A DNA stretch of 64,000 nt from Phyllobates terribilis. Taxonomy: Eukaryota. The notes under the pieces are model-generated. The model saw only the letters and a program-made list of their open reading frames with translations. It made no database searches and was not told where the DNA came from. Location of the stretch: positions 359,476,001-359,540,000 of the forward strand of contig NW_027362761.1 in the NCBI RefSeq assembly GCF_046119375.1. Direction: 5' to 3'. Position 1 is the first letter of the stretch. The number at the start of each line of letters is the position of its first letter. The position numbers and the translations under genes were made by a program. This document shows positions 24,950-35,865 of the stretch, in pieces.

Positions 24950-25088
24950 GTAAAGACCCCTTTTTTATATAAAGTCAGGGGGAAAATTAAATAATTACCT
25001 TGATTTTGACTCGGATTGTGATGCAGCTTTGAGCCACATTAAAAGGCAAATTAAAAACCTAATTAACATTCTGCCATTTGACTGCATA

Positions 25089-26303
25089 TGTAGCACCCTG
25101 AGGATTCGGCTGCTACAGGGGTATTGCACCTCAACCCAGAGGTGTGATATTCCACTCCCGGGTAAGGATGGAGTGTGGATCTGAGCTCGGTAGGCTGCAT
25201 GCACTACACACATCCCATTTCCGAGGAGCAGACCGACGGTACTCCCACTTAGAAATGTGCAGGTACGACCGAGTCTGTTCCTGGCTGGAGTGGGAGGGGG
25301 GTGGTACATCCCAAGTAGTGTAGGGGCAGATAGGGGGAGCAGCCTGGGTAAAGATAGGAGCTCATTGGGTGCTGGTCACCTGAGCTCACACATAGAGGGT
25401 GTATATAAGGTGGGCACCATCAGAGAACAGGGTCAGTCAGCCACAGTCAGTCAGTCTGTGAGTCTTTGCAGAGAAGTCAGAGGAAGAGGAGCAGAGCAGA
25501 CCCAGAGAGAGAGAGAGGAGAAAGCCAGAATGACCCAGAGGGGGAAACAGAAAAGGAACTCCGAGAACCCAAAGTCCATCAGCGGGTGAAGAGTTGGCAT
25601 CAGGGTACCGGAACCCAAGCTGGTGGGGGCAAAAACACACCCTAGCCAGAGACCGGAGGCCGTGGGCAGCGTCTGCCACGGCCACCCACCACATCCACCT
25701 CGAAGGCATACCACGTGGAGGGTCAGGGAACCCAAGGCCAAGGGTCTCCCAACAGAAGGCCCGAGGGAGCTGGACCTGGGTGGATCACTAGTGGGGACGG
25801 CCAGAGAAAGGACAGAAGGAGAGCTCAGGGTCACGCTCCGGACTCGCTTGGGGGTTGGCTGGATCCAGGACCTGGTGGATGCAGCACGGCTCGGGAGGTC
25901 ACTTGAAGCTGGAGTGACCGGAACATCAGCAGTGAGTAAATACCCTAAACTGCACAACCCGATTCTGTCTTCATTTAACACCTATGCTGCACCACCACAA
26001 CCCCCATCCTCTGCACCTGACCCCCTGAGGCTATACCCCACCCGTTGGGGGTTATACCACCAAAAGCTGCACCTACACCATCAGCCTCAGCGGACCCTGC
26101 TGCAGCGGCGGCCATAGTGACCGCAATACAACGGGTGGCGTAGTCGACAATAAAGAACTTAATAACATCTGTAGGACTGCCACATACAACTGAGTTTGAC
26201 ACCCTGGGCACGGACCGGGTCACAGCCACTCGGAAGACTACAACTCCCATCTGATCCGGCTCCGGATATTCCCCCTAAAGAATATGGCCCAGGGGGCGCG
26301 TCA
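25089..26303 (+). repeat. 5' LTR
   Basis: TGTAGCACCC...GGCGCGTCA; TATATAA at 25402-25408; AATAAA at 26149-26154; only two mismatches seen versus the 3' LTR (25531/29237, 26278/29984). Confidence 0.97.
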
Positions 26304-28335
26304 ACTTTGGCGTAGTCGGCAGGATTACGTGCCCGCAACACCCGGGTACTGCGTGCCTGAAGAAAAGTGCGAGTTTACCTCAAAAAGAAGTCTCCTGCCG
26401 GTTCCGGAGGGTCCCCGCCATCGGACCCCATCACAGGTCGATTCCCGCCGGTTGCCCGCCATTAACAGCGTTTTCCCGCCATCTGCAGAGTTTCCCGCCA
26501 CTGGGAAGCGATTCCCGCCATTTCCAAAGGTTTCCCGCCTTGGAAGAGCGGACGCCATTATGGGCGTGCCAGAGGGTGGTGAGAGGCCACCTCCCATCGT
26601 GGGCCAGGACCGAAAATGGCGCCAAAAGTGGAAACCGCCCCCACCAACAGAGACTGTGATGCTAGAGGTGTCTGTCAGCGTGAAAGAACAGCCCCTGGAG
26701 CTGACAGTCACCAAGTGGCCCCGGGACCGCCCTCGAAGGGGGAGGAGACGAAAGGAGAGAACAAAGATGGGTGTCGCTTGGAGCAGTCTAGAGCGAGCGC
26801 ACCCGGAGGCAACAAGCCTGGAGAAGAGTATCGGAGGAGCTTACCCGGAGATGGCGAGAAAGCAGAGCAGCACCGGCCCGCTGGCCAGGAGCCTGCTGGA
26901 GACAACTGAAGGAGAGCAGAGCAGCACCGACCCGTTGGTCAGGAGCCTGCTGGAAACAACGACCCCACTAGGCCTAGTGGAGGTCCTAGCACAGCTTCCC
27001 CGAGACCGGGAGTGTGCACAGACCGCTCTGGAGGGCCTCGCAAGGAGGATGGCCCGGGTGCAGCGAGAGACGTTGGCGGAGTGGAGCCGTGAGATGGCCC
27101 AGCAGACCGAGACCTGTCAGCGGAGCACGCCACCCAAGACGAGGAGACAGACCGCCTCTGAGGATGGCGCGGGAGGACTGAAGGCCGGAGACGGCGCCGA
27201 GAAGGGAGCCGAACGAAAGGAGGCAGGTAAAGGGGACGTCTATACCCCAAACCGGGAAACCGCGTACCTGCCCCAGCTCCCCGTCGCAGAGCCCGAAGTC
27301 TATCCTGCCGTGCCCGTCGCTGCAACGTCACCGCCGCAGACTAGGCCTCAAACGGGAGCCGCGACCCCTGTGACGTCACACGCCTCGACCCCGAGCGTGA
27401 CCAAGCAGGAAGTACCACCAGCCTGGTCGCAAGGCCTAGTACCCCCGGGCGCCGCAATACCAACAGCGCCCCCTACCTCCGCGGAGCCCCCGGCCTGGTC
27501 GCAGGGCCAAGTAGCACAGGGCGCCGCCGTCCTTACGGTGCCCTTTACCTTCCAGATACCCCAGGCCTGGCCGCAAGGCCCGGGCAACCCGGGCGCTAAC
27601 ACCACCGCGCCCATAAGACCAAGAGTGCCGCATCTGGGAGAGGACCTGTACGCCCAGCATACGTGCCCGGATGGGCAGCCATTTATATGGCCACCGGAGT
27701 TTCACCATCCCCGACTCCGGAGAGAGAGACCCCTGGATGAACCCCTGATCCCGGCTCCAAAGCCCGTAAAGAGGATCTCGCCCCCGCTAGCAGAAGCGCA
27801 GTTTGAGTGGGACCCCACTGGAGAAGATCTCATGGGGTTCACTCAAGAGACTCGGGCAGCTGCAGCGGAGCGTGCTGAGTGCTGCCGCCAACAGCTCGAG
27901 GACTTTGAGAGGGAGCGGAGAGAGAGGCGGGTCCGGGAACAGCAAGCTCAAATAAGGAGCGCGGAGCAGAAGAGCCGGGCCAGGAGTGACCCCCGTGCAG
28001 CGCATAGTCCCCGCACCACCGGGACTGTGATAAAGTTTAACATGCAGCATGGGTGGGGCTTCATCCGAGACCACCGCACCCTAGGCGACGTCTTCGTGAC
28101 CAGGAGAGACGTTGAGTCCCACCTACCGGAGGGACACAGAGGTCGTGACCTTTACATCGGGGACGAGGTCACCTTCACCCGGCACAAGTGTGCCAAAGGA
28201 CCCTACGCCCTCCATGTGCATCGCCTGACGGAGGAAGAGCTGCGGTGTGAGGAGGAAGAACAAGAGGACCCGGACGGGTCTGAAACTAGAGTTAGAGGTA
28301 ACCATAAAGAAAGAGCAGGAGGACGCCGTCGCTAA
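26284..28335 (+). CDS. 683-aa element-encoded protein: Pro-rich/low-complexity body, predicted helical segments, C-terminal cold-shock domain (about aa 578-648, nt 28015-28227)
   Basis: Uninterrupted ORF with strong Kozak context (AAT ATG G). C-terminal TTGTVIKFNMQHGWGFIRDHRTLGDVFVTRRDV...RDLYIGDEVTFTRHKCAKGPYALHV matches the CSD pattern (RNP1 GWGFI, RNP2 DVFV). The true start codon is uncertain. Confidence 0.8.
   Translation: MAQGARQLWRSRQDYVPATPGYCVPEEKCEFTSKRSLLPVPEGPRHRTPSQVDSRRLPAINSVFPPSAEFPATGKRFPPFPKVSRLGRADAIMGVPEGGERPPPIVGQDRKWRQKWKPPPPTETVMLEVSVSVKEQPLELTVTKWPRDRPRRGRRRKERTKMGVAWSSLERAHPEATSLEKSIGGAYPEMARKQSSTGPLARSLLETTEGEQSSTDPLVRSLLETTTPLGLVEVLAQLPRDRECAQTALEGLARRMARVQRETLAEWSREMAQQTETCQRSTPPKTRRQTASEDGAGGLKAGDGAEKGAERKEAGKGDVYTPNRETAYLPQLPVAEPEVYPAVPVAATSPPQTRPQTGAATPVTSHASTPSVTKQEVPPAWSQGLVPPGAAIPTAPPTSAEPPAWSQGQVAQGAAVLTVPFTFQIPQAWPQGPGNPGANTTAPIRPRVPHLGEDLYAQHTCPDGQPFIWPPEFHHPRLRRERPLDEPLIPAPKPVKRISPPLAEAQFEWDPTGEDLMGFTQETRAAAAERAECCRQQLEDFERERRERRVREQQAQIRSAEQKSRARSDPRAAHSPRTTGTVIKFNMQHGWGFIRDHRTLGDVFVTRRDVESHLPEGHRGRDLYIGDEVTFTRHKCAKGPYALHVHRLTEEELRCEEEEQEDPDGSETRVRGNHKERAGGRRR
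26308..26326 (+). promoter_or_regulatory. Primer-binding site, tRNA-Ser
   Basis: TGGCGTAGTCGGCAGGATT is the 19-nt reverse complement of the vertebrate tRNA-Ser 3' end (AATCCTGCCGACTACG-CCA), 4 nt after the LTR. Confidence 0.93.
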
Positions 28336-28785
28336 GTACAGCGAAGCAGAAGCTGTATATAGTTGCCAGTCGGGGCACCGTGAACTGAAACTGTTACTGT
28401 TGCTAAATATAGTCCCCGTTGGGACCAGCAAGTGTGAACTGTTACCCGTATTTCCCTAAATCCCACTGGCCGAGGACTGAGAACGGTCATTCCTCCCCAA
28501 TACCTGGCCGAGGACTGAGAGCGGCCACCTTCCCTTTTTGTATATAGTTGCGCGTCCTAAAGCGCCCCTACCGGTTTTATAGGAAAACCATTTTTTCTAG
28601 AGAGACTGTCGCACTTTACCCGGTCACACGTTGCACAGTGACCGGAGGAGGAGCCAGAGGCGACGAGAATGTTTTATATTGATATATATATATAATGTTG
28701 TTTTAAATGTTTTATATGTTTATGCAAAAATTTGTATGTTTTTGGTGTTTTGTTCTTACAGCCCGAGGGCGTGCTGTGATTTACC

Positions 28786-28794
28786 AGGGGGGAA
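28786..28794 (+). promoter_or_regulatory. Polypurine tract
   Basis: AGGGGGGAA immediately before the 3' LTR TG at 28795. Confidence 0.85.
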
Positions 28795-30009
28795 TGTAGC
28801 ACCCTGAGGATTCGGCTGCTACAGGGGTATTGCACCTCAACCCAGAGGTGTGATATTCCACTCCCGGGTAAGGATGGAGTGTGGATCTGAGCTCGGTAGG
28901 CTGCATGCACTACACACATCCCATTTCCGAGGAGCAGACCGACGGTACTCCCACTTAGAAATGTGCAGGTACGACCGAGTCTGTTCCTGGCTGGAGTGGG
29001 AGGGGGGTGGTACATCCCAAGTAGTGTAGGGGCAGATAGGGGGAGCAGCCTGGGTAAAGATAGGAGCTCATTGGGTGCTGGTCACCTGAGCTCACACATA
29101 GAGGGTGTATATAAGGTGGGCACCATCAGAGAACAGGGTCAGTCAGCCACAGTCAGTCAGTCTGTGAGTCTTTGCAGAGAAGTCAGAGGAAGAGGAGCAG
29201 AGCAGACCCAGAGAGAGAGAGAGGAGAAAGCCAGAAAGACCCAGAGGGGGAAACAGAAAAGGAACTCCGAGAACCCAAAGTCCATCAGCGGGTGAAGAGT
29301 TGGCATCAGGGTACCGGAACCCAAGCTGGTGGGGGCAAAAACACACCCTAGCCAGAGACCGGAGGCCGTGGGCAGCGTCTGCCACGGCCACCCACCACAT
29401 CCACCTCGAAGGCATACCACGTGGAGGGTCAGGGAACCCAAGGCCAAGGGTCTCCCAACAGAAGGCCCGAGGGAGCTGGACCTGGGTGGATCACTAGTGG
29501 GGACGGCCAGAGAAAGGACAGAAGGAGAGCTCAGGGTCACGCTCCGGACTCGCTTGGGGGTTGGCTGGATCCAGGACCTGGTGGATGCAGCACGGCTCGG
29601 GAGGTCACTTGAAGCTGGAGTGACCGGAACATCAGCAGTGAGTAAATACCCTAAACTGCACAACCCGATTCTGTCTTCATTTAACACCTATGCTGCACCA
29701 CCACAACCCCCATCCTCTGCACCTGACCCCCTGAGGCTATACCCCACCCGTTGGGGGTTATACCACCAAAAGCTGCACCTACACCATCAGCCTCAGCGGA
29801 CCCTGCTGCAGCGGCGGCCATAGTGACCGCAATACAACGGGTGGCGTAGTCGACAATAAAGAACTTAATAACATCTGTAGGACTGCCACATACAACTGAG
29901 TTTGACACCCTGGGCACGGACCGGGTCACAGCCACTCGGAAGACTACAACTCCCATCTGATCCGGCTCCGGATATTCCCCCTAGAGAATATGGCCCAGGG
30001 GGCGCGTCA
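28795..30009 (+). repeat. 3' LTR
   Basis: Direct repeat of 25089-26303 at offset 3706; the ORF-track entries are duplicated at the same offset. Confidence 0.97.
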
Positions 30010-30734
30010 CATACATACCTCTTAAGCTAATGCCAGTTTCTCATGGCTTTCCCCTTGTCTGGACTATAAAGTGCAATTCCGGTAATCTGCAACAGAACAC
30101 AATGAACCTTGGTGAATAGTAATTAAATAGTTCTTAAGGTTTTCTTAAAGTTACTGGACTGCAATATTTTGTAAAACAGAGGTCTATATGAAATGCATAG
30201 GTTTAGTCAATTAATGTGCACAGTATAAATACTATTCCCTAAAATGAATAAGGATTCATGCCAATTTCTCTATAATGACAAGCATATTACAATATGAACA
30301 TGCTTTGTATATAAAAAGGACAAGTACAGATAATGGCAAAATACTCACATTTCATAGAAAAAACACTCCAAACATTTGATGCTAACATTATAGGCATGAT
30401 TGACTTTATTTTCTTGTGGAAACCCGGAACAAAATGACAACGAAACAACCCAATTAGGCCACATTCAGATTTAGTAATTTTTCACGTATGCAGAACATGG
30501 CATGAGTGTCAGTGTTTTGTTTTTGTTTTATTTGGTCACTTTTTACCATCATTGTTTAATCAGTGATAGTCACATATGAAAAAATTAAATTACAACACTT
30601 CTCTTATGCATTGCAATCTTAATCACCAACTGCCCACTGATGGTATCCAGATGCTGTCTGTGATTTACATGGACCCATAGACTTGTACTGGTAATAGTGC
30701 TTCATGACGCAGATCAAAAACAGACATGCCTCAG

Positions 30735-30771
<37 letters not shown>

Positions 30772-31354
30772 AGCACACATTCACCCCTACCCTCCCAAAA
30801 AAAAATGGACAAGTTAACAACCCTATAGATTATATAATGGGTAAGGTACGTGTTCTGTCAGTGAAAAGACGGATAGAACACATATGTTAAAAATGGACAT
30901 CTGAACGAAGCCTCATTACATTTCAATCTGATTTGGCAGGTTTCAGAATGCACATTCACAGTCTGAAATGCCTTGTTTTATCAATAATCTGATCTATCCT
31001 TTTGGAGCTTGGGGTCCAAAGCAACAATCCAGTTGTAAAGCAACACTCCAGCATTTTTTTTTTTTCATCGCCAGAGTGGTGCTTAAAATCCAAAGTCCCC
31101 TGCCTGATGCTCTCATTCCAGGGTATTTTCATCCGTTTTAGCCGCCGCTCCGTCTCCTGCAGTTTGTGACTTGCCGGCAGCTCCAGTGTTTTATGTAGTG
31201 AGCCGGAGGTCACTAATCAATGTAAGTCTATGACAGCCTCGTCCTGGCTCTCATAGAATTGCATTGAGAACTTGTAATGTAGCTTCTGACTTCCGGAGAC
31301 TCAGAAGCTGCGCTCACAAAATAGCACCGCAAGACCGGACTGGCATAGAAAAAC

Positions 31355-33429
31355 TATGGATGCGCCATTTCTGGGTCTGCTGAGGGCTGATATTATTAGC
31401 CTCGGAGGGGGCCAGGATCCATGGCCCCTTCCCTGGCTATTAATATCAGCTCACATCTGTCTGTCTGTTTAGCCTTGGCTGATTAGATTTTATAGGGGGA
31501 CCCTACGTCAATTTTTTTCTTGGGTCCTCCTGTAATCTAGCCAGTAAAGGCTAAGCAAACAGCTGTGAGCTGTTATGAATAGCCAGGGAACATCTTTGGC
31601 TAATGGCCCCCTCCCAGGCTACCAATATCAACCCCCAGCATTAAAAACAAGCACAGTGGGCATTGGATTTCTTGTAACTGAAATAAAATGAAGAATTAAA
31701 TTAAAAAAATGGCGTGGGCTCCCATGTCATTTTCGCAATCAGCAAGGGGAAGGCCGACTGCTGAGGACTGATTTTAGTAGCTGGGGAGGGGACCATTAGC
31801 CAAAGATGCTCCCTGGCTATTAGTAACAGCTCACAGCTGTTTGCTTGGCCTCTACTGGCTAGATTACAGGGGACCCCAGAAAAAATTGACTTAGGGTCCC
31901 CCTATAAAATCTAACCAACAAGGGCTAAAACAGACAGCCGTGAGCGGATATTAATAGCCAGGGAAGGGGCTATGGATCATGGCCCCCTCCAAGGCTAATA
32001 ATATCAGTCCTCAGCTGCCCCAGAAATTGCGCATCCATACGATGCACCAATTATGATGCTTAGCCTTGCTCTTCCCACTGCCGTGTAGCGGTGGAGAGTG
32101 GGGTAATAGGGCTGGGGTTCATGTCAGCCTTGTATTGGCGGCTGACATGAAGCCCAGGTTAGTAATGGAAAGGCGTAAATAAAATTCCACACAGTTTTAA
32201 TAATTCCTCGATCTTCTGTAAAAAAAAAAAAATATAGATAAAAAACAACCATATCCCTCACCTGTCCGCAGTCATGACGTAATCCAAGTGTCCCACGGCG
32301 ATCAGGGTCACTTCTAGAGCAGTCAAATCAATCACTGATGTCACTGCTGTAGAATACAGCACTGTATACACTGACAGGAGTGTAGTCACTCCTGTCAGTG
32401 TATAGTGCTGTGCTGCAGGGGTGAGGTCACTTGAGTTCAAACAGCTGATGATAAGGTGAGAGCTCCAGTGATCTCACTTACGGCATTCGTGCTGTGTGGG
32501 AGAATTTCCACACAGCACTAATAGTGCAAGTCAGGTCCCGGAGCTCTCAGCTGACCATCAGCTGTTTGAACTCTGCTGACCACAGCTGGCAGCTTCTCAC
32601 GATAGGAGCGCTATGGCTCCCGCAATGTGTCAGTGTATCGCCGGCGGCCTGATAGCATGGCCACATCTCCGGATGTGGCCGTGCTATCAGTGAGATCGTC
32701 GTGGGACACTCGGTATATGGACTGTGGCGGACAGGTGATGATGAGGTTGGTTTATTATTTTACCTTTATTGCAGGTGAACATGGGCTTCGGGGATTAGTT
32801 GTACAGTGAGTATATGGCTTATTTTATTATTTTTTTTTTTTTACAGAGGGCGAGAACATCAGCGTCAAGGTGCAGGTAAGTGATAGGCGAATATGATGAG
32901 TTTATTACTTTTATTTAAAATATTTATTTACTTTAACTTTTTTTTTTTCTTTTTTTACTTTCACTATGCAAGCACGCTGATGAGAGATTACTTCTCCCAT
33001 TAGCGGCGCTTGTGTACAGTGACAGGAGGCGCCGGATGATGGGGCTAGTAGTCCCATCAGCCGGCGCCAGCCGCGGTAAGCTTTTTACCGCAGGTGACTG
33101 TCACAGCTGCGGGGATCATGCTGTCAGCATGATCCCTGCAGCGCTATTACCAGCGGTAACGATATTACTGCCACAGCTGCGGAGGTCATGAACAGCTAAC
33201 AGCATGATCCCCACAGAGTGTTTCCGACGGTAAAGATATTACCGCAGGTGACTGTCACAGCTGCGGGGGATCATGCTGACAGCGCTGGGGATATTACCGT
33301 CGGTCACAGCCCCTGATTCCCGTGCTGTCACGCAAATGTTCAGGTTCGTGATATGGTGCCCAAACACATTTTTTTTTTAAATTCGGGTTTATTAGCCAAA
33401 CCCGAACATTAAAACATTCGCTCATCTCT
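31355..33429. mobile_element. Right part of a non-autonomous hAT-like composite element
   Basis: Terminus TTCGCTCATCTCT (TAGAGATGAGCGAA-type TIR, related to the TAGTGTTGAGC TIR) and shared internal modules. The left TIR was not found. Confidence 0.55.
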
Positions 33430-33695
33430 TGTTAGGACCACTTGTCTATGGATTATAACCACACTGAGTCATTCCTCCTTATACTGGGCTCACATAGTGT
33501 TTGCCACTATGTTCAGTGGCTCCATCGGGGCTTACGTCTGAATCCCCACGAAACGGGATTCGGGTGTATGCATCGATGGGGCCATTGACTATAATGATAC
33601 AGATGGAGTCACCGCTTGCTTTGTCGTGAATCATTTTTGACTGTGTAGACCTAGTTGAGGCGGGCAGAAAGACAGTCAACTACATATACGGAATA

Positions 33696-34053
33696 ACAGG
33701 AGGGAGGGTTAGGGAGCTGCAACGCTGAATCCAAACAGCGTGAAGATAATCCACTGAAGGGTGCCAGTCCCGCTGGTGAGCACAGCCATATGAAGAAAAC
33801 GAAAAGGAGAAAATTGGCACTCCAACAGGTAAAATATGAAAAAACATTATTGGATCATTTAAAAAAAAAAAAGGGAAAATGTAAAATTCATACGCGTTTC
33901 TGGCGCTAGGGTTGCGCCGTCATAGCTGCTATGACTAAGGGTGCAACCCTAACGCCAGAAAAGCGTTTACATTTTTCCCCTTTTTTTTAAATGATCCAAT
34001 AAACTTTTTTCATATTTTACCTGTTGGAGTGCCGATTTTCTCCTATTCGTTTT
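33696..34053. mobile_element. 358-bp palindromic insertion with a 16-bp TSD (Penelope/retrozyme-like?)
   Basis: CTACATATACGGAATA at 33680-33695 and 34054-34069; internal inverted arms centred on GTCATAGC-T-GCTATGAC (about 33927). Confidence 0.6.
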
Positions 34054-34086
34054 CTACATATACGGAATATAAATCCTACAAGATAG

Positions 34087-34418
34087 CAGGGCTGTGGAGT
34101 TGGAGTCTGTGTCCATTTTGGTGGAGTCGGAATCGGAGTCAGTATAAAGTGGACCGACTCCAACTCCTAAAATATATAATAAATTGGGTACAATAGTTCA
34201 ATGCAGTTTGTGGGGAATATTCTTTTCATAAGAATTTGGGAAAGTTATGAAATGTCCTATAAATGTCTGTCCTATTCCTGATCTAAGGGTCTAGACTTTT
34301 AGCTGAGATGAATCTGTGCTACAGTAAATTTATTACTTAAACATGAGGCATGTATGAGGGAGTCGGTGTCGTGGAAATTGAAGAGTCGGAGGTTTGGCTT
34401 ACCGACTCCACAGCCCTG
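34087..34418. mobile_element. hAT MITE (332 bp)
   Basis: TIR CAGGGCTGTGGAGT / ACTCCACAGCCCTG; perfect 8-bp TSD CAAGATAG. Confidence 0.93.
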
Positions 34419-34982
34419 CAAGATAGTGGAACAATAAACCCCAAAGGGTATACAGCACTGAATTATCAGTAATGGTAGATTTAGAAAAAATTTACAAATT
34501 TTATTTCTCAAAAGATAAAATGAGAAACAGTAACAATACAATATATAAAAGGTTAGTAGCAGTGGCATGCCGTCCATGGCGTTAGACCACGTGACTGCCA
34601 TGGGGCCCAAGGGTAGAGGGGGCCCGGTGTCTGCTGCCCTGTCCATAGACACGCCCCTCTAGATCACTGCGCTGTGGGCACACAGGAGAGGAGCTGAGCA
34701 GCCTGGCTAATGGAGACAGAGGGAGCGTCCTGGATGCAGGGATGAAACTCAGCTGATTGACTCACTGCAGGTTTAACACCACAGCACTTGTGCGCTCTGT
34801 GTGAAATGACGGTGTCTAATGAGTTTCTACCGTGCGTGCAGTTTATTGGATTTGCAGGCAGGGCTGTGGAGTTGGTGTCCATTTTAGTGGAGTCAGAGTT
34901 GGTATAAAATGGATTGACAGAGTTCTAAAATAAATAATAAATCTGGTACAGTAGTTCAATGCTCTCCTAGTGGAGGATTATA

Positions 34983-35358
34983 GAAGTTGTCCACTACTTT
35001 TTGATTGATGAGCTATTTTTTGCCAATGCTTCTAGGTGTCATGTTCAGTTATAATCCCCTCTGGTCCCTTAGGATAGGTCATCAATCTCTGATCAGTTGG
35101 GGTCAGACGCCCGGCTGGCCATCTTCTGGTAGTTACCAAAGCTTGGTAATACACATCCGCCTTCTATTCAAATCAATAGAAGGCGGATGTATAGTACACT
35201 GCAGCCGCCGCTATCAGAAGACTGCAAGTGAGTACTTCCGGCCGGCACCGATAACAGCTGATCGACAGGGGGTGCCGGGTGTCTGACCCCTAACCAATCA
35301 GACATTGATGACCTATCCTAGGGATAGGTCATGAATCAAAAAGTAGTGGACAACCTCT
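34983..35358. mobile_element. T2/Kolobok-type MITE
   Basis: AGTTGTCCACTACTTTT ... AAAAGTAGTGGACAACCTCT followed by TTAA; central ATGACCTATCCTAGGGATAGGTCAT hairpin. Confidence 0.7.
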
Positions 35359-35483
35359 TTAACTGAAGGAGGAATGGACAGGCTGAAGAGTGCACAGCAG
35401 AGCAAAACACAAGGCTTTCAGAAACAGTAAATCTGACCCCAGATCATCACTAACCACTCATCTATTTGAGGCATCTAGTTTAA

Positions 35484-35865
35484 AAGGGTTGTCCAGGTTT
35501 GAGATGAAAGTCTGCAATCACTTTATATGACTGCAGACTTCTGAACCCTCACAGCACACGCATCGCACATTGTCAGGATTCTCCGGTTCCAGCGGCTAGA
35601 GTGGGCGGTCATGCGACCACAAGTAAGCGATTTGCATTCTTCCAGTCACATTCCGACTAGAAGTACTCAGCCTCGATCAATATAACTGAACTGAGCGAGG
35701 CCGAGCATGTCTAATCAGCATGTAACCACATATATGCAAATCACATACTTGTAGCCACGTGACCGGCTGCTCTTGCCACTGGCATCGGAGAATCCAGACA
35801 GCGAGGATTCAGATGACCGCAGTCATATAGAGCGATTACAGACTTTCATCCTAAACTTGGACAAC
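35484..35865. mobile_element. T2/Kolobok-type MITE, right end eroded
   Basis: TTAA-AAGGGTTGTCCAGGTTT ... AAACTTGGACAAC inverted termini. Confidence 0.6.

Larger units (their letters stand above)
25089..30009 (+). mobile_element. Young non-autonomous LTR retroelement (4921 bp) carrying a cold-shock-domain ORF
   Basis: Two 1215-bp LTRs (TG...CA), 4-bp TSD CATA (25085-25088, 30010-30013), PBS and PPT; no pol motifs in the 2491-bp internal region. Confidence 0.95.

Noticed and set aside
25257-26250. ORFs of 63-176 aa duplicated at 28963-29956
   Set aside because: Overlapping frames in GC-rich LTR sequence, duplicated only because the LTRs are; no motifs recognised.
26308-26326. tRNA-Ser gene
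   Set aside because: Only the 19-nt complement of the tRNA 3' end including CCA is present, which is a PBS.
28015-28227. Processed pseudogene of host YBX1/LIN28, or bacterial csp contamination
   Set aside because: The CSD is highly diverged from the near-invariant vertebrate Y-box CSD, lacks Lin28 CCHC knuckles, has no poly(A)/TSD of its own, and is fused in an LTR-bounded ORF within vertebrate repeat context. Ancient capture is not excluded.
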